Shown here: in pieces, positions 9,432-19,702 of the stretch
Position numbering within the stretch: the first letter of the stretch is position 1
Layout of the letters: every line of letters starts with the position of its first letter
NCBI GenBank assembly: GCA_964590525.1
Contig: CAZPWO010000001.1
Span: 1,870-59,673 of the forward strand
Reading direction: 5' to 3'
DNA: 57,804 nucleotides
Source of the DNA: an uncultured Herbinix sp.
GTDB taxonomy: Bacteria > Bacillota > Clostridia > Lachnospirales > Lachnospiraceae
Notes under the pieces: model-generated
The model's input: the letters and a program-made list of their open reading frames with translations, nothing else
Databases searched by the model: none
Told to the model about the DNA's origin: nothing
Program-made: the position numbers and the translations under genes

Positions 9432-9910
9432 GGGACAATCAACATCCTTTCATCATGCTTACCTTTAACTAAAGGTAGACCATTCTCTTTGTATTTTTTC
9501 AATACAAAATGAGTTGAAGTACTTAAAATAGCTTCCATAGGGGCTAATTTAGCTGATACAAAGTTAGCAACCTCTTTCATAGTTTGCCCTTCAATAATTA
9601 CAGTTAGATCAAATCCACCTGACATCAAATACACCGACTGTACCTCTTCAAACTTATAGATTCTTTCTGCTATTTTGTCAAATCCTAAACCTCTCTGGGG
9701 AGCAACTTTTATCTCTATTAAGGCAGTAATTCTCTCACACTTAACTTTATCCCAGTTGATTAAAGTAGGGTAGCCACATATTATATATTCTTCCTCCATC
9801 TTCTTTATAAATGAAGTGACTTCCTCTTCTGTAGAACCAAGCATAATAGCCAATTCCTCTGCGGTTAATTTGCTGTTCTTGTTAATGGCCTTAAGAATCT
9901 TCTCTCTCAT
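9428..9910 (-). CDS. Lrp/AsnC family regulator (YugG/AlaR-like)
   Basis: N-terminal HTH, YLMSGGFDL, THFVLKKYK; 4-nt overlap with the aminotransferase. Confidence 0.9.
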   Translation of the reverse strand: MREKILKAINKNSKLTAEELAIMLGSTEEEVTSFIKKMEEEYIICGYPTLINWDKVKCERITALIEIKVAPQRGLGFDKIAERIYKFEEVQSVYLMSGGFDLTVIIEGQTMKEVANFVSAKLAPMEAILSTSTHFVLKKYKENGLPLVKGKHDERMLIVP

Positions 9911-9944
9911 TGAAATTCCCCCTATAATTTTATAATATTAAAGT

Positions 9945-10511
9945 TTATATCTTTAACACCTTGTAGATTTCATCCCCTTCAGGAGGCACTAGATAACGGC
10001 CTTCTTCACCGTTTATAACAAGTCTACCATTACTATCAGTCATAAAACCAATTACAGCTGCCATAATTCCCTCAGCAATAAGCTTTTCCACTAAATAATA
10101 AGCCTTGTCACTAATCATTATCATACAACCATTGGACCTTAGCATATATGGGGAGATGTTGTAAAACTCGCATATTTCTACAGTTTCTTGCTTTACTAAA
10201 ATCTTATGCAAATCAACCTCTAGACCTTCTTTAGTCTCCGCTCCCATCTTCCAAAGAGCAGCAAAGATTCCTCCATCTTCTACAGGATACATGGAAGATA
10301 CCCCTGCCTTTTTGGCAATTTCCGTTTCACTAGTTAGGGACATGCCTCCCCTCATTCTTTTGGCCTTATCTATAAAGCTTTTATTATATCTTTCTAATAA
10401 TTCTTTCTCTTTTTCTTCAGCAATTATTGCTGTACCCTCTAGGCCAATCCATCCCGTCATAACAATCTCTTGTCCTGGCATTGCTTGAGCAGAAAATCTA
10501 TTGGTCCTCAT
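9945..10511 (-). CDS. AIR synthase/HypE-related protein, C-terminal domain only
   Basis: PGQEIVMTGWIGLEGT, DGGIFAALW, GLEVDL, ICEFYNISPY; start uncertain (10511 or 10523). Confidence 0.7.
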   Translation of the reverse strand: MRTNRFSAQAMPGQEIVMTGWIGLEGTAIIAEEKEKELLERYNKSFIDKAKRMRGGMSLTSETEIAKKAGVSSMYPVEDGGIFAALWKMGAETKEGLEVDLHKILVKQETVEICEFYNISPYMLRSNGCMIMISDKAYYLVEKLIAEGIMAAVIGFMTDSNGRLVINGEEGRYLVPPEGDEIYKVLKI

Positions 10512-12084
10512 ATTCTCCCTCATCCCAATCTTCTTCTAAATGATCGTCCACATCTACCTCTACTGGGATATCTGGGTTTTCTGGAGTCTTATTTTCATCC
10601 TTAGGTTTAGGTTCATCTTTTTTATCGTCTTTTTTCTTGTCTTTTTTGTCGTCCTTTTTCTTGTCTTTTTTATCATCATTAGTTACTTCATTACTTACAG
10701 GTTCACTATCATCTTTTGGCTCTTCTTCCACTACAGGCTTTGTACCTATGGTAACATAACGAGGGGTGGCATTATAATAACTTTTATTTTCTAAGTTTTC
10801 ACTAACCTTTTCACCATTTTCATAAACCACTTTATATAATTCTGTAGTATAACCTGTGTGAGCAGATTGTGTAACTCTTCTATAGCCTTCTGGTTGATTT
10901 GGATCCTTGGTTATAACTTCTGCAGGTGGGGAAGTTTCCTTGACAACCTTGGTAACATACTCTATTTTCCTATTGTCAGTATCCCTAGTTTCATGTCCCC
11001 ATAAGTTAAATGTTATCTTTCTTCCCTCTGTGTAAGCCTCTACTAAAATCGGAACATCTGTATTGTTTTTGAATTTTAAATCCTTATAAGTTCCTGCAAT
11101 GGCAGCATCCCTGGATAAGTCAGCATAGCTAACTGTCATAGAATGAGCCTGCCTTTCAACAATTTCAAGCTCTGCATACAGTATAGCATTATATAAAGTG
11201 GTAGTAACCTGACAGGCACCGCCACCAATACTATCAACAACCTTACCTTGTGCATAAGCTCCTGCATTATAATATCCGTTTGACGGAGAAAAAGGGGTTA
11301 AATACTCATAAGCAGAAAAAATCTCTCCAGGGTATATAACAACATTATCTATAAGTCTAGCACCATTTGCCAGGTTTGCCGCCCTTCCTTGGGCACTATT
11401 TGTATATGTGGTGGAGAATGAGCCTAATAAACTATTACATTGTTCTACAACATCTCTTGTGTATAATGGCTGAGCATCAGACATTATAGCTTCTACAAAC
11501 AAGTCTGTTCGGGTCCAGTTATTTAAAATATTATCCTTAATTAAATTTACAGTTTCCTCTGCTTCTACTTTGTTACCAATCTCATGATCTGTATAGATAA
11601 ACCCACTATTTGTTTTTGTAACAGTAGCATTAACTGCTTCAATGTTAAAAGGAGCTACTTTCTCTGCAACAAGTCTTTGGATTTTATCTTCATCTATAGT
11701 ATATTCAGGAATATATTGATATCCTCCCTGCTCTATATCTTTCAGTTCCTTATATCTCTTAATTAAGTTTCCATCATTACCTATGGCTAATGCATCTTCT
11801 ATATAATTATGTGCTATCATATCATATCCCAATTCTCCCAAATCGGCATAAACCACATTGTCATTTACCATAATAGCTATACCTTTTTCACGTAAGCCAT
11901 CAAGCAAATCATCTAAAGCTGCCTCAGCTTCTTTTTTGGTCATTCCACTAACATCAACTTCATCTATAAAAACTCCTTGGCAGATTCTCTCGTTTTCTTC
12001 TGCTAAAACAGATGATGTATTTCCTAATATTATAAAAGTAAGAAACACAAGGAATGCTATGGACCTTATTCTTTTTCTTCCCAT
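10498..12084 (-). CDS. VanW/YoaR-like exported protein with G5-like domain and charged tail
   Basis: Signal peptide, GGGACQVTTTLYNA, DLKFKN, G5-like segment ending VTIGTK; start placed at 12084 behind GGAGG. Confidence 0.9.
   Translation of the reverse strand: MGRKRIRSIAFLVFLTFIILGNTSSVLAEENERICQGVFIDEVDVSGMTKKEAEAALDDLLDGLREKGIAIMVNDNVVYADLGELGYDMIAHNYIEDALAIGNDGNLIKRYKELKDIEQGGYQYIPEYTIDEDKIQRLVAEKVAPFNIEAVNATVTKTNSGFIYTDHEIGNKVEAEETVNLIKDNILNNWTRTDLFVEAIMSDAQPLYTRDVVEQCNSLLGSFSTTYTNSAQGRAANLANGARLIDNVVIYPGEIFSAYEYLTPFSPSNGYYNAGAYAQGKVVDSIGGGACQVTTTLYNAILYAELEIVERQAHSMTVSYADLSRDAAIAGTYKDLKFKNNTDVPILVEAYTEGRKITFNLWGHETRDTDNRKIEYVTKVVKETSPPAEVITKDPNQPEGYRRVTQSAHTGYTTELYKVVYENGEKVSENLENKSYYNATPRYVTIGTKPVVEEEPKDDSEPVSNEVTNDDKKDKKKDDKKDKKKDDKKDEPKPKDENKTPENPDIPVEVDVDDHLEEDWDEGEYEDQ
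10615..10677. repeat. Coding 24-bp tandem repeat (DDKKDKKK x ~2.5) in the VanW tail
   Basis: Repeated tcttttttcttgtctttttt(a/g)tc(g/a) units; protein DDKKDKKKDDKKDKKKDDKKD. Confidence 0.85.
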
Positions 12085-12160
12085 TAATAATCCTCCTAAC
12101 TGAATCACTATATATATAAATACATGGTTTGATTGACATTTAATCAATCATTATGTATAT

Positions 12161-12271
12161 TTAAAATATATTAAAGATTCCTATAATGCTTGGAACTAAC
12201 ATAGCTAAAACAACGCAAACTATAATTATCGTAGAAATTATTTTTTTCATCTTCTTATTGTTAAAATTCAT
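12161..12271 (-). CDS. 36-aa single-pass membrane protein (not in ORF track)
   Basis: Manual translation MNFNNKKMKKIISTIIIVCVVLAMLVPSIIGIFNIF*; GAGGTG 6 nt before ATG; basic N-terminus followed by one hydrophobic helix. Confidence 0.75.
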   Translation of the reverse strand: MNFNNKKMKKIISTIIIVCVVLAMLVPSIIGIFNIF

Positions 12272-12326
12272 TTAATTCACCTCATTCTATGATTTTGCTG
12301 TTTATTGGCAGATTGGAGATCACTTT

Positions 12327-12938
12327 ATGAAAATACCTGTGTTATTAATCTTAGTTGTAGTTACTATAAGCTTGATACAATATGCTACCCGAAAAAGTAA
12401 TCAGGCTATGGAAAATTCTAAAGATATCTTTTGGAATAAAGAAAAAAAAGCCAATATAACTAGGAAAACCGACATTTCTCAACTTAACTATATTATAATA
12501 CCTGTTGAAAAACTCCCTATGGAAGATCGTGAAATTCCACAGATAGATGAATGGCGGGATACTATAAAAGACCTATCCACTAAAAAGATACTTAATCTAA
12601 CCGGTATTACTAATACAGAGTTAAAGTTAAATTACGGTGTTGGCAATTTAAATGCTCTGTCCGAATATGATAACAATTATACTATTCTTGCTAGATCCCT
12701 TCAAAAATGGGCTAATTCATTATATGATAATGGATTTATCCATGACGCTGTCCAAGTTTTAGAGTTTGCAATATCATCATCTACTGATATTACTAAAAGC
12801 TATCATCTTCTAGGCAAAATATATGTTGAACAAGGGGCTAGTCATAAAATCGAAAATCTAATAAGTAAATTAGCCAACATTGACACATCCAACAAAGATC
12901 AAATAATGCATGAATTAATACAATTAAGAAAGCCTTGA
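12327..12938 (+). CDS. Membrane-anchored hypothetical protein with C-terminal TPR-like helices
   Basis: N-terminal TM; WANSLYDNG...AVQVLE...YHLLGKIY pattern; ggag RBS. Confidence 0.75.
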   Translation: MKIPVLLILVVVTISLIQYATRKSNQAMENSKDIFWNKEKKANITRKTDISQLNYIIIPVEKLPMEDREIPQIDEWRDTIKDLSTKKILNLTGITNTELKLNYGVGNLNALSEYDNNYTILARSLQKWANSLYDNGFIHDAVQVLEFAISSSTDITKSYHLLGKIYVEQGASHKIENLISKLANIDTSNKDQIMHELIQLRKP

Positions 12939-13092
12939 ACATATTATAACCTTCATAATATATACTATTCTAATCTATCTAGCCTATTCTAGCCTATATA
13001 GCTTATATTACTGGTTTTATATTATATTCTATGATATTTCAGCCTTAGATTCAAGCCTTTTTATGAATTTTATTGATTTCCTTTAACTACCA

Positions 13093-13755
13093 CTAGCCTG
13101 CCTGCCTGCTGGGGCAATAATCCTTCAAAAAGCATTCACCACATCTTGGTTTTCTTGCAACACATATAGTCCTTCCCAAAGTAATAATCTGAATATTATA
13201 AAGTGTCCACTGCTTCTGTGGTAATTTTTCCATTAATTCAAACTCTATTTTAACCGGATCCTGCTCATTGGCTAAGCCTAATCGATTTGATACCCTTTTA
13301 ACATGGGTATCAACAACAATACTAGGAATGTTGAAAATACTTCCTCTAACAACATTAGCTGTCTTTCTTCCAACTCCGGGTAAACTAGTAAGTTCATCTA
13401 TATCACTTGGTACTTGACCCTCATATTTTTCAATAATAGTCTTTGCACTTGCAATTATATTCTTTGCCTTATTCCTATAAAAACCTGTAGAGTAAACATG
13501 TTTTTCTAATTCCTTTTGATCCGCCTGGGCATATTCTTCTATGGTCTTATATCTTTTAAAAAGGGTCTTAGTGACAATGTTTACCCGTTCATCAGTACAT
13601 TGGGCACTTAAAATTGTTGCCACTAAAAGTTGCCAAGGAGTCTCATGATCCAAAAAATTTTTCATCTTTGTTCCATACTCTTTATTAAGTGCTTGCAAAA
13701 TCTTCTCTATTCTATTATCTTCGCTCATGCTAACATTATCTTTCACCACAATCAT
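13093..13755 (-). CDS. nth: Endonuclease III
   Basis: LLVATILSAQCTD, HhH LPGVGRKTA, VDTHV, C-x6-C-x2-C-x5-C. Confidence 0.95.
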   Translation of the reverse strand: MIVVKDNVSMSEDNRIEKILQALNKEYGTKMKNFLDHETPWQLLVATILSAQCTDERVNIVTKTLFKRYKTIEEYAQADQKELEKHVYSTGFYRNKAKNIIASAKTIIEKYEGQVPSDIDELTSLPGVGRKTANVVRGSIFNIPSIVVDTHVKRVSNRLGLANEQDPVKIEFELMEKLPQKQWTLYNIQIITLGRTICVARKPRCGECFLKDYCPSRQAG

Positions 13756-13756
13756 C

Positions 13757-15502
13757 CTATTCTAAATCTGCTTCTTCTACAATAATAAGCTTTGCCGACT
13801 TATCTAAGGGGTCCCTATCACTATAGTCCAATATAATAAGCTGCTCTTGCCCAACAGGCCGTCCTTCTTCTGCAGATGCTAATATATCCGATGAAAACTT
13901 TTCAAGCTTTGCAAACTTATGATTGACTCCATGAGTTTCACAAGCCTTTCTTAAATCTTTATATTCCAACTGCTCTGGGGCGTACTCCGGCAATGCCTTT
14001 ACATTTTCTCGAAGACACAAGTCCAGATATAGGATTTCTCCAAATGTCTTGAGATCATCTCCCTGGCATATTTCTTTATAAAAATCTAGTAAGATATTGA
14101 ATCTTCGATTTCTAGTGTGTTTGACCTTATCCAGATTGTTCCCTATATAATAATTATTAAGTGCATCATATAAGTGGAAAGCAGTCTCAAATTTATGCTC
14201 TAGATAGCTTATAGAATAATTAAATTGGTCACTGTTATAATACACCTCTACCATCTCAGTAATACCTTTTAATTTGATTATATCATCATAAGATAACCAT
14301 TTGGTAAATAAGACTTCATAAGGTGGTATGTCTTGATAGACAATACCATATTTCTCACTATCTTCCTCAATAGGAGAGCCTTTTAAGACCTTTAAGAAGC
14401 CTAATTGAAGTTGATCTGCTTTCATACTATATACATCATTAAAAGACTTTCTAAAGGAGTTTAAGTCCTCATAAGGAAGACCAGCTATCAGATCCAAGTG
14501 CTGATGTATGTTTTTATTTTCCTTAATCTTGCCTACATTATCTGCAAGTTTGCGCAAATCCATCTGCCTATTAATAGCCTTTATTGTTCTAGGGTTGGTA
14601 CTTTGAATACCAATCTCAAATTGAACTTGCCCTGGTCTAAGCTTTCCTAAAAGTTTAATCTCATCATCTGATAATAAATCTGCAGATATTTCAAAATGAA
14701 AATTGCTAATCCCATTATCATTCTCCTTAATAAACTTCCAGATTTCCATGGCATGGTCCTTATTACAGTTAAATGTCCTGTCAACAAATTTAACCTGGGG
14801 AATATTATGATCCAAAAATATCTTCAATTCCTTTTTAACCAAATCTAAATCCCTTAAGCGAACATTTCTATTAACAGAAGATAGGCAGTAAGAACAAGAA
14901 AAAGGACAACCTTTACTGGACTCATAATATATAATCTTGTTTTGTAATTCATCTAAATCTTCATATAAGAAGGGAATGTCACTAAAGTTCAATCCCTCTC
15001 TTTGACCTGTAATCTTAATTTGATCATCTTCACCTTCACTTATCAAAAGTGCACTTCTTTTATATGCAAGACCCTTTATTTGAGGCAAGTCATCCCCTGT
15101 CCCTTGATAATACTTCACCAGTTCTAAGAAAGTCTGCTCCCCTTCACCAACCATAATACCGTCTAAGTCTTTATGATTATTAAGGCATTCTATTGGGTCA
15201 TAACTAACCTCTGGTCCACCAAACCATATCTTTACCTTAGGCATGATCTTCTTTAACTGACCAATTATCTCACTAATCATATGGATATTCCATATATAAC
15301 AAGAAAAACCAATTACATCAGCTTGCTGCTGATAGATTTCTTTAATTATATCATCCATATGGTTGTTGATTGTAAACTCAATCAGATCTATATTATCCTT
15401 ATATTCTCCTGAAAAAGATCTCAGACTATGAACAGCTGGATTAGTGTGTATATATTTTGTATTCAATGCAACTAATAAAAACTTTTTATTCATAATTACC
15501 AT
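13757..15502 (-). CDS. B12-binding radical SAM protein (DUF4080-type)
   Basis: GFSCYIWN, GGPEVS, GEGE, CPFSCSYC, HLDLIAGLP. Confidence 0.9.
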   Translation of the reverse strand: MVIMNKKFLLVALNTKYIHTNPAVHSLRSFSGEYKDNIDLIEFTINNHMDDIIKEIYQQQADVIGFSCYIWNIHMISEIIGQLKKIMPKVKIWFGGPEVSYDPIECLNNHKDLDGIMVGEGEQTFLELVKYYQGTGDDLPQIKGLAYKRSALLISEGEDDQIKITGQREGLNFSDIPFLYEDLDELQNKIIYYESSKGCPFSCSYCLSSVNRNVRLRDLDLVKKELKIFLDHNIPQVKFVDRTFNCNKDHAMEIWKFIKENDNGISNFHFEISADLLSDDEIKLLGKLRPGQVQFEIGIQSTNPRTIKAINRQMDLRKLADNVGKIKENKNIHQHLDLIAGLPYEDLNSFRKSFNDVYSMKADQLQLGFLKVLKGSPIEEDSEKYGIVYQDIPPYEVLFTKWLSYDDIIKLKGITEMVEVYYNSDQFNYSISYLEHKFETAFHLYDALNNYYIGNNLDKVKHTRNRRFNILLDFYKEICQGDDLKTFGEILYLDLCLRENVKALPEYAPEQLEYKDLRKACETHGVNHKFAKLEKFSSDILASAEEGRPVGQEQLIILDYSDRDPLDKSAKLIIVEEADLE

Positions 15503-15628
15503 TCTTCTCTCTTAATTAAATTTAGATGTAATTTATATTTCTAAATATGATTTTCCTTGCAATATTAATGTTTCCTTAAGCTATAGTTTAACACATATAT
15601 TCCTTGTCAGCCAGTGACATTTGAGCAC

Positions 15629-15725
15629 AAAAAAAGGACAGCTTACGAACTGTCCTTTTTTGGAGAAGGTATTTCTGTTACTTATGGGGGTGTAGCAAAA
15701 ACTATATAATGTATTGGGGTTTACA
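15629..15725 (-). ncRNA. Candidate C-rich small RNA (~97 nt)
   Basis: Extended -10 TGTTATAAT (15732-15740, minus), two hairpins with CCCC and CCCCC loops, CCTTCTCC, then the terminator; no RBS-led ORF. Confidence 0.5.
15630..15661. terminator. Intrinsic terminator downstream of ftsH and the candidate sRNA
   Basis: aaaaaaggacag-cttacgaa-ctgtcctttttt. Confidence 0.85.
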
Positions 15726-15777
15726 TTTAAAATTATAACATGGTTTTCTCAATAAGTCTCCACAAACTTTACAAAAA

Positions 15778-17625
15778 TTATTCATGTTTTTCGTCATCTT
15801 GCACAACTTCTTTTTCAAATAAAGCTTCAAATTCCTCTTGACCAATTTTTTCCTTTTCCAACAAAAGCTCTGCAGAAGAATCTAAAACATCTCTGTTTTC
15901 TGTAAGAATTCTTTTTGCTTCGTCATAACATTCATTTATAATAGTTCTAACCTCTTCATCAATCTTGCTGGCTACATCTTCACTATGGGCTTTGCTATGT
16001 CCAAAATCTCTGCCTATGAACACTTGATCATCATCACTATCATAGTTAACCATTCCTAGACTTTTTGAAAAGCCATAACGGGTTATCATGTCTCTTGCCA
16101 GTTTAGTTGCCTGCTTAATATCTTGAGAAGCTCCTGTAGTAACATCATCAAATATAATTTCTTCTGCCACCCGCCCACCAAGCCTTACAATTATCTCTTG
16201 TAGCATCTTGCCCTTGGTATAGAACATCTCATCTTTTTCAGGTAGAGGCATAGTATAACCTGCTGCCCCAGTTCCTGTAGGTATGATTGAAACTGTATAG
16301 ACTGGTCCAACATCTTCTAACAGATGCAATAAGATGGCATGACCTGATTCATGGTAGGCTGTTATCTTTTTATCTTTATCGCTAACAACCTTACTCTTTT
16401 TCTCCGCTCCTATTCCAACTCTTATAAATGCTTTTTTAATATCATCATTAATAAGAAAACTTCGTCCTTCTCTAGCAGCGCCAATGGCACCTTCATTCAT
16501 TAAATTCTCCAGATCAGCTCCTGTAAAACCTGCAGTTGTCTGAGCTATTTGCTTTAAATCCACATCATCACCTAGGGGCTTGCCTTTAGAGTGAACTTTA
16601 AGGATTTCTTCACGGCCTTTCACATCTGGACGGCCAACAGTAACTGTTCTATCAAATCTTCCTGGTCTAAGTATAGCTGGATCAAGAATATCCACTCTGT
16701 TAGTAGCTGCCATAACAATAATTCCTTCATTTACTCCAAAACCATCCATCTCTACAAGTAGTTGGTTTAGAGTCTGTTCTCTCTCATCATGGCCACCACC
16801 CATACCAGTACCTCTACGTCTTGCAACTGCATCTATCTCATCAATAAAAACAATGCATGGGGAATTCTTCTTAGCTTCTGCAAATAAATCTCTTACCCTG
16901 GAAGCACCAACGCCTACAAACATTTCAACAAAATCCGAACCAGATATGGAGAAAAAGGGAACCCCCGCTTCTCCTGCAACCGCCTTAGCAAGTAGGGTCT
17001 TACCTGTTCCAGGAGGCCCTACAAGAAGAACACCCTTAGGAATTCTAGCACCTACTTCCATATACTTTTTAGGTGACTTGAGGAAATCAACCACTTCCCC
17101 TAATTCTTCTTTCTCTTCGTCAAGTCCAGCAACATCTTTGAAAGATGTTTTCTTGTTTTCATCCTTTGTTAGCTTTGCTCTACTCTTTCCAAAATTCATA
17201 ACCTTGCTGTTACCTCCACCACCAGCAGCCTGACTGCTTATGAAGGAAAAGAACACTATTACAATAATAGCCATTAATAAAAAGGGAAGAATCGTTGTTA
17301 AAAACCAGCTAGGTTTTGATATCTTATGAGTGTAGAACTCAACAGCAAATTCTAAGGCATCCTCCTCTATTACTCTGGTGTCAGATACATAGAATTTTTC
17401 CTTTACTTCACCTTTTTTTGTTACTACAATCTCTCCTGTATTAACTTCTTCATTTGGATGTATTTCAATGAATGTAATTCGGTCGCTTGATAAATCATCC
17501 AGAAACTTATTATAATTATAAGCATCTTTTCCACCCATATTGAAATTATCAGACATAAATATAGTTAACAAAACTATTGCCAATATTACCAAATAAAAAC
17601 CGTATCCCTTCATCTGTTTTCTCAC
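15778..17625 (-). CDS. ftsH: ATP-dependent zinc metalloprotease FtsH
   Basis: Two TMs, [22 protein letters not shown]. Confidence 0.98.
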   Translation of the reverse strand: MRKQMKGYGFYLVILAIVLLTIFMSDNFNMGGKDAYNYNKFLDDLSSDRITFIEIHPNEEVNTGEIVVTKKGEVKEKFYVSDTRVIEEDALEFAVEFYTHKISKPSWFLTTILPFLLMAIIVIVFFSFISSQAAGGGGNSKVMNFGKSRAKLTKDENKKTSFKDVAGLDEEKEELGEVVDFLKSPKKYMEVGARIPKGVLLVGPPGTGKTLLAKAVAGEAGVPFFSISGSDFVEMFVGVGASRVRDLFAEAKKNSPCIVFIDEIDAVARRRGTGMGGGHDEREQTLNQLLVEMDGFGVNEGIIVMAATNRVDILDPAILRPGRFDRTVTVGRPDVKGREEILKVHSKGKPLGDDVDLKQIAQTTAGFTGADLENLMNEGAIGAAREGRSFLINDDIKKAFIRVGIGAEKKSKVVSDKDKKITAYHESGHAILLHLLEDVGPVYTVSIIPTGTGAAGYTMPLPEKDEMFYTKGKMLQEIIVRLGGRVAEEIIFDDVTTGASQDIKQATKLARDMITRYGFSKSLGMVNYDSDDDQVFIGRDFGHSKAHSEDVASKIDEEVRTIINECYDEAKRILTENRDVLDSSAELLLEKEKIGQEEFEALFEKEVVQDDEKHE

Positions 17626-17682
17626 TAATGAACCTCCTTCTTACACAATTATATATATATCTATTTAACATAATCATCATAT

Positions 17683-18204
17683 TTATAATTCTAGAACACC
17701 TACATAAGGTAAGTTTCTATATCCTTGTTGATAATCAAGACCATATCCTATGACAAATTCATCAGGTATCTCAAAGCCAACGTATTTTACATAGGCATCA
17801 GTTACCCTACGTTCAGGTTTATCAAGGAGGCTACACACACTTATACTGGCCGGCCCTCTTGCTGCTAATATTTCTGACAAGTATGATAAAGTCCTTCCTG
17901 AATCAATAATATCTTCTACAATAATAAGGTCTTTTCCACTGACATCTTCATCTAAATCTTTAACTATCTTAACTCTTCCAGAACTAACTGTTTCATCTCC
18001 ATAACTAGACACGGCCATAAAATCTATGGTAACTGGAACTGTAATCCTCTTCATTAAATCACATGCAAAAAAGATACTTCCTTTTAGAATACAAATAATA
18101 TGAACACTTCTGCCTTTATAATCTTCAGATATCTGATCAGCAAGCTCTCTTACCCTTTGATTAATACGTTGTTCTGATATTAAAACACTAATATTACCTT
18201 CCAT
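17683..18204 (-). CDS. hpt: Hypoxanthine phosphoribosyltransferase
   Basis: IIVEDIIDSGRT, LLDKP, FVIGYGLDY; tilS-hpt-ftsH synteny. Confidence 0.97.
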   Translation of the reverse strand: MEGNISVLISEQRINQRVRELADQISEDYKGRSVHIICILKGSIFFACDLMKRITVPVTIDFMAVSSYGDETVSSGRVKIVKDLDEDVSGKDLIIVEDIIDSGRTLSYLSEILAARGPASISVCSLLDKPERRVTDAYVKYVGFEIPDEFVIGYGLDYQQGYRNLPYVGVLEL

Positions 18205-19627
18205 AGCTGTTCTCCTTTGCGTCTACCAACTTCATCTCTAAAATTTTTGTCGTTTTCTTATCTACTTTATATCTTTCGCTTATTCGGTTGTCATCACCGA
18301 TAATCCACATTATATGATTTCCATCAGCCACTAATAATCGCCTGGAACGCTGCTTGGCAGGGACTTTTTTATCTATAAAGTAATCTTTCAACTTCTTCCT
18401 ACCACCCTGGAGATTGATTTGTATATAATCACCAGTACTCCTTGTTCTAATCTCAACAGTATTTTCTATTCTATCATAATCGAACCACTTAATACAACTG
18501 TTTTCCGGAAATGTTTTTTCTTTATCCCTATCAATAACCCTAGTCTCTATGAACTTGTTAAGTGTAGGTAAGAAATTACTCCCTGGTATTTTACTTGCTA
18601 TAGTTTCTATAGGTCTTAATTGTTTTTCATTCTCCTTGAAAATTAAAATATCCTTATATTCCTTTTCTGCAATAAGGCCACCAGGGAGATCAATCTGCTT
18701 ACCCACCTGTTTATTAAGCAAATCTAAGACCTGTTCAACATGCTTAGATTCTAAATCCCGCCTGGAACTAGATAAGCTTGCCAAGACTTTCATAATAATC
18801 GATTTTTGAATAAATATATGTTCCCTGTTTATTTTACTAATTGATAATAAAAATTTTCCTTGGTCTTCAGTTACAACTTTATCATATGAAATCCTAACCC
18901 TTTCATCTGTAAATTCTTTAATCTCCCTTAAGTGAAATCCCGCATTAGAAATATTACCAACAGCATTAGAGTTAATCTCATTATTAGCAAGAGTTAAGAT
19001 TTGATTGCGAATTTTGTTTCTACTGTAATCATTTTCAAGATTACTTGCATCAATTTTATAAGTAATACTCTTTTTACTTAAATATTCTTCTATTTCATCC
19101 CTTGTTGTATTAAGAAGGGGCCGAATTATAAGTGCCTTATCCTTGCCCTTTTTTATCATACGCTTTGGGTCTATTCCTGTTAGTCCATTAATTCCACTCC
19201 CACGAAAGAGATTAAATAAGAGGGTCTCAGCATTATCATTTCTATTATGGGCTATGGCAATTTTATTACACTTATATTCTATGCAAGCATTGAAAAAAAC
19301 ATCATACCTAATATTTCTCCCGGCTTCTTCTTCTGATAATTTCTTTTCCCTTGCAATTCTCCTCACATCCCTATAGACACTATGGCAGTCTATACCAATA
19401 CTCTTACATAGTTCCTTGACAAAAGATTCATCCTCGTCTGCCTGGCTTCCCCTAAGTCCATGATTTACATGTATTGCAATTAGTTTATTAATATCATTGG
19501 GAAAACACTCTATTAGGGCATGCAAAAGACAGACAGAATCAGCACCTCCTGATAATCCAACTACAATTCTGTCCCCTTTTTCTATCATTTGATTGTTTTT
19601 AACAAAGCTAGTCAACTCTTGTAGCAT
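18194..19627 (-). CDS. tilS: tRNA(Ile)-lysidine synthetase
   Basis: SGGADS, HVNHGLR, AHNRNDNAET, RPLL, DASN, RNKIR. Confidence 0.97.
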   Translation of the reverse strand: MLQELTSFVKNNQMIEKGDRIVVGLSGGADSVCLLHALIECFPNDINKLIAIHVNHGLRGSQADEDESFVKELCKSIGIDCHSVYRDVRRIAREKKLSEEEAGRNIRYDVFFNACIEYKCNKIAIAHNRNDNAETLLFNLFRGSGINGLTGIDPKRMIKKGKDKALIIRPLLNTTRDEIEEYLSKKSITYKIDASNLENDYSRNKIRNQILTLANNEINSNAVGNISNAGFHLREIKEFTDERVRISYDKVVTEDQGKFLLSISKINREHIFIQKSIIMKVLASLSSSRRDLESKHVEQVLDLLNKQVGKQIDLPGGLIAEKEYKDILIFKENEKQLRPIETIASKIPGSNFLPTLNKFIETRVIDRDKEKTFPENSCIKWFDYDRIENTVEIRTRSTGDYIQINLQGGRKKLKDYFIDKKVPAKQRSRRLLVADGNHIMWIIGDDNRISERYKVDKKTTKILEMKLVDAKENSYGR

Positions 19628-19702
19628 ATTACCCTCACCATCTTTTGAATCTCAACCTTTTCCTTATCTGTATTTGTATTCTAACCTTTTATATTAATTA
19701 TT

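Noticed and set aside
12965-13008. Degenerate ~10-bp repeats (ctattctagc-like) between convergent genes
   Set aside because: Short, AT-rich and irregular; not distinguishable from slippage noise.
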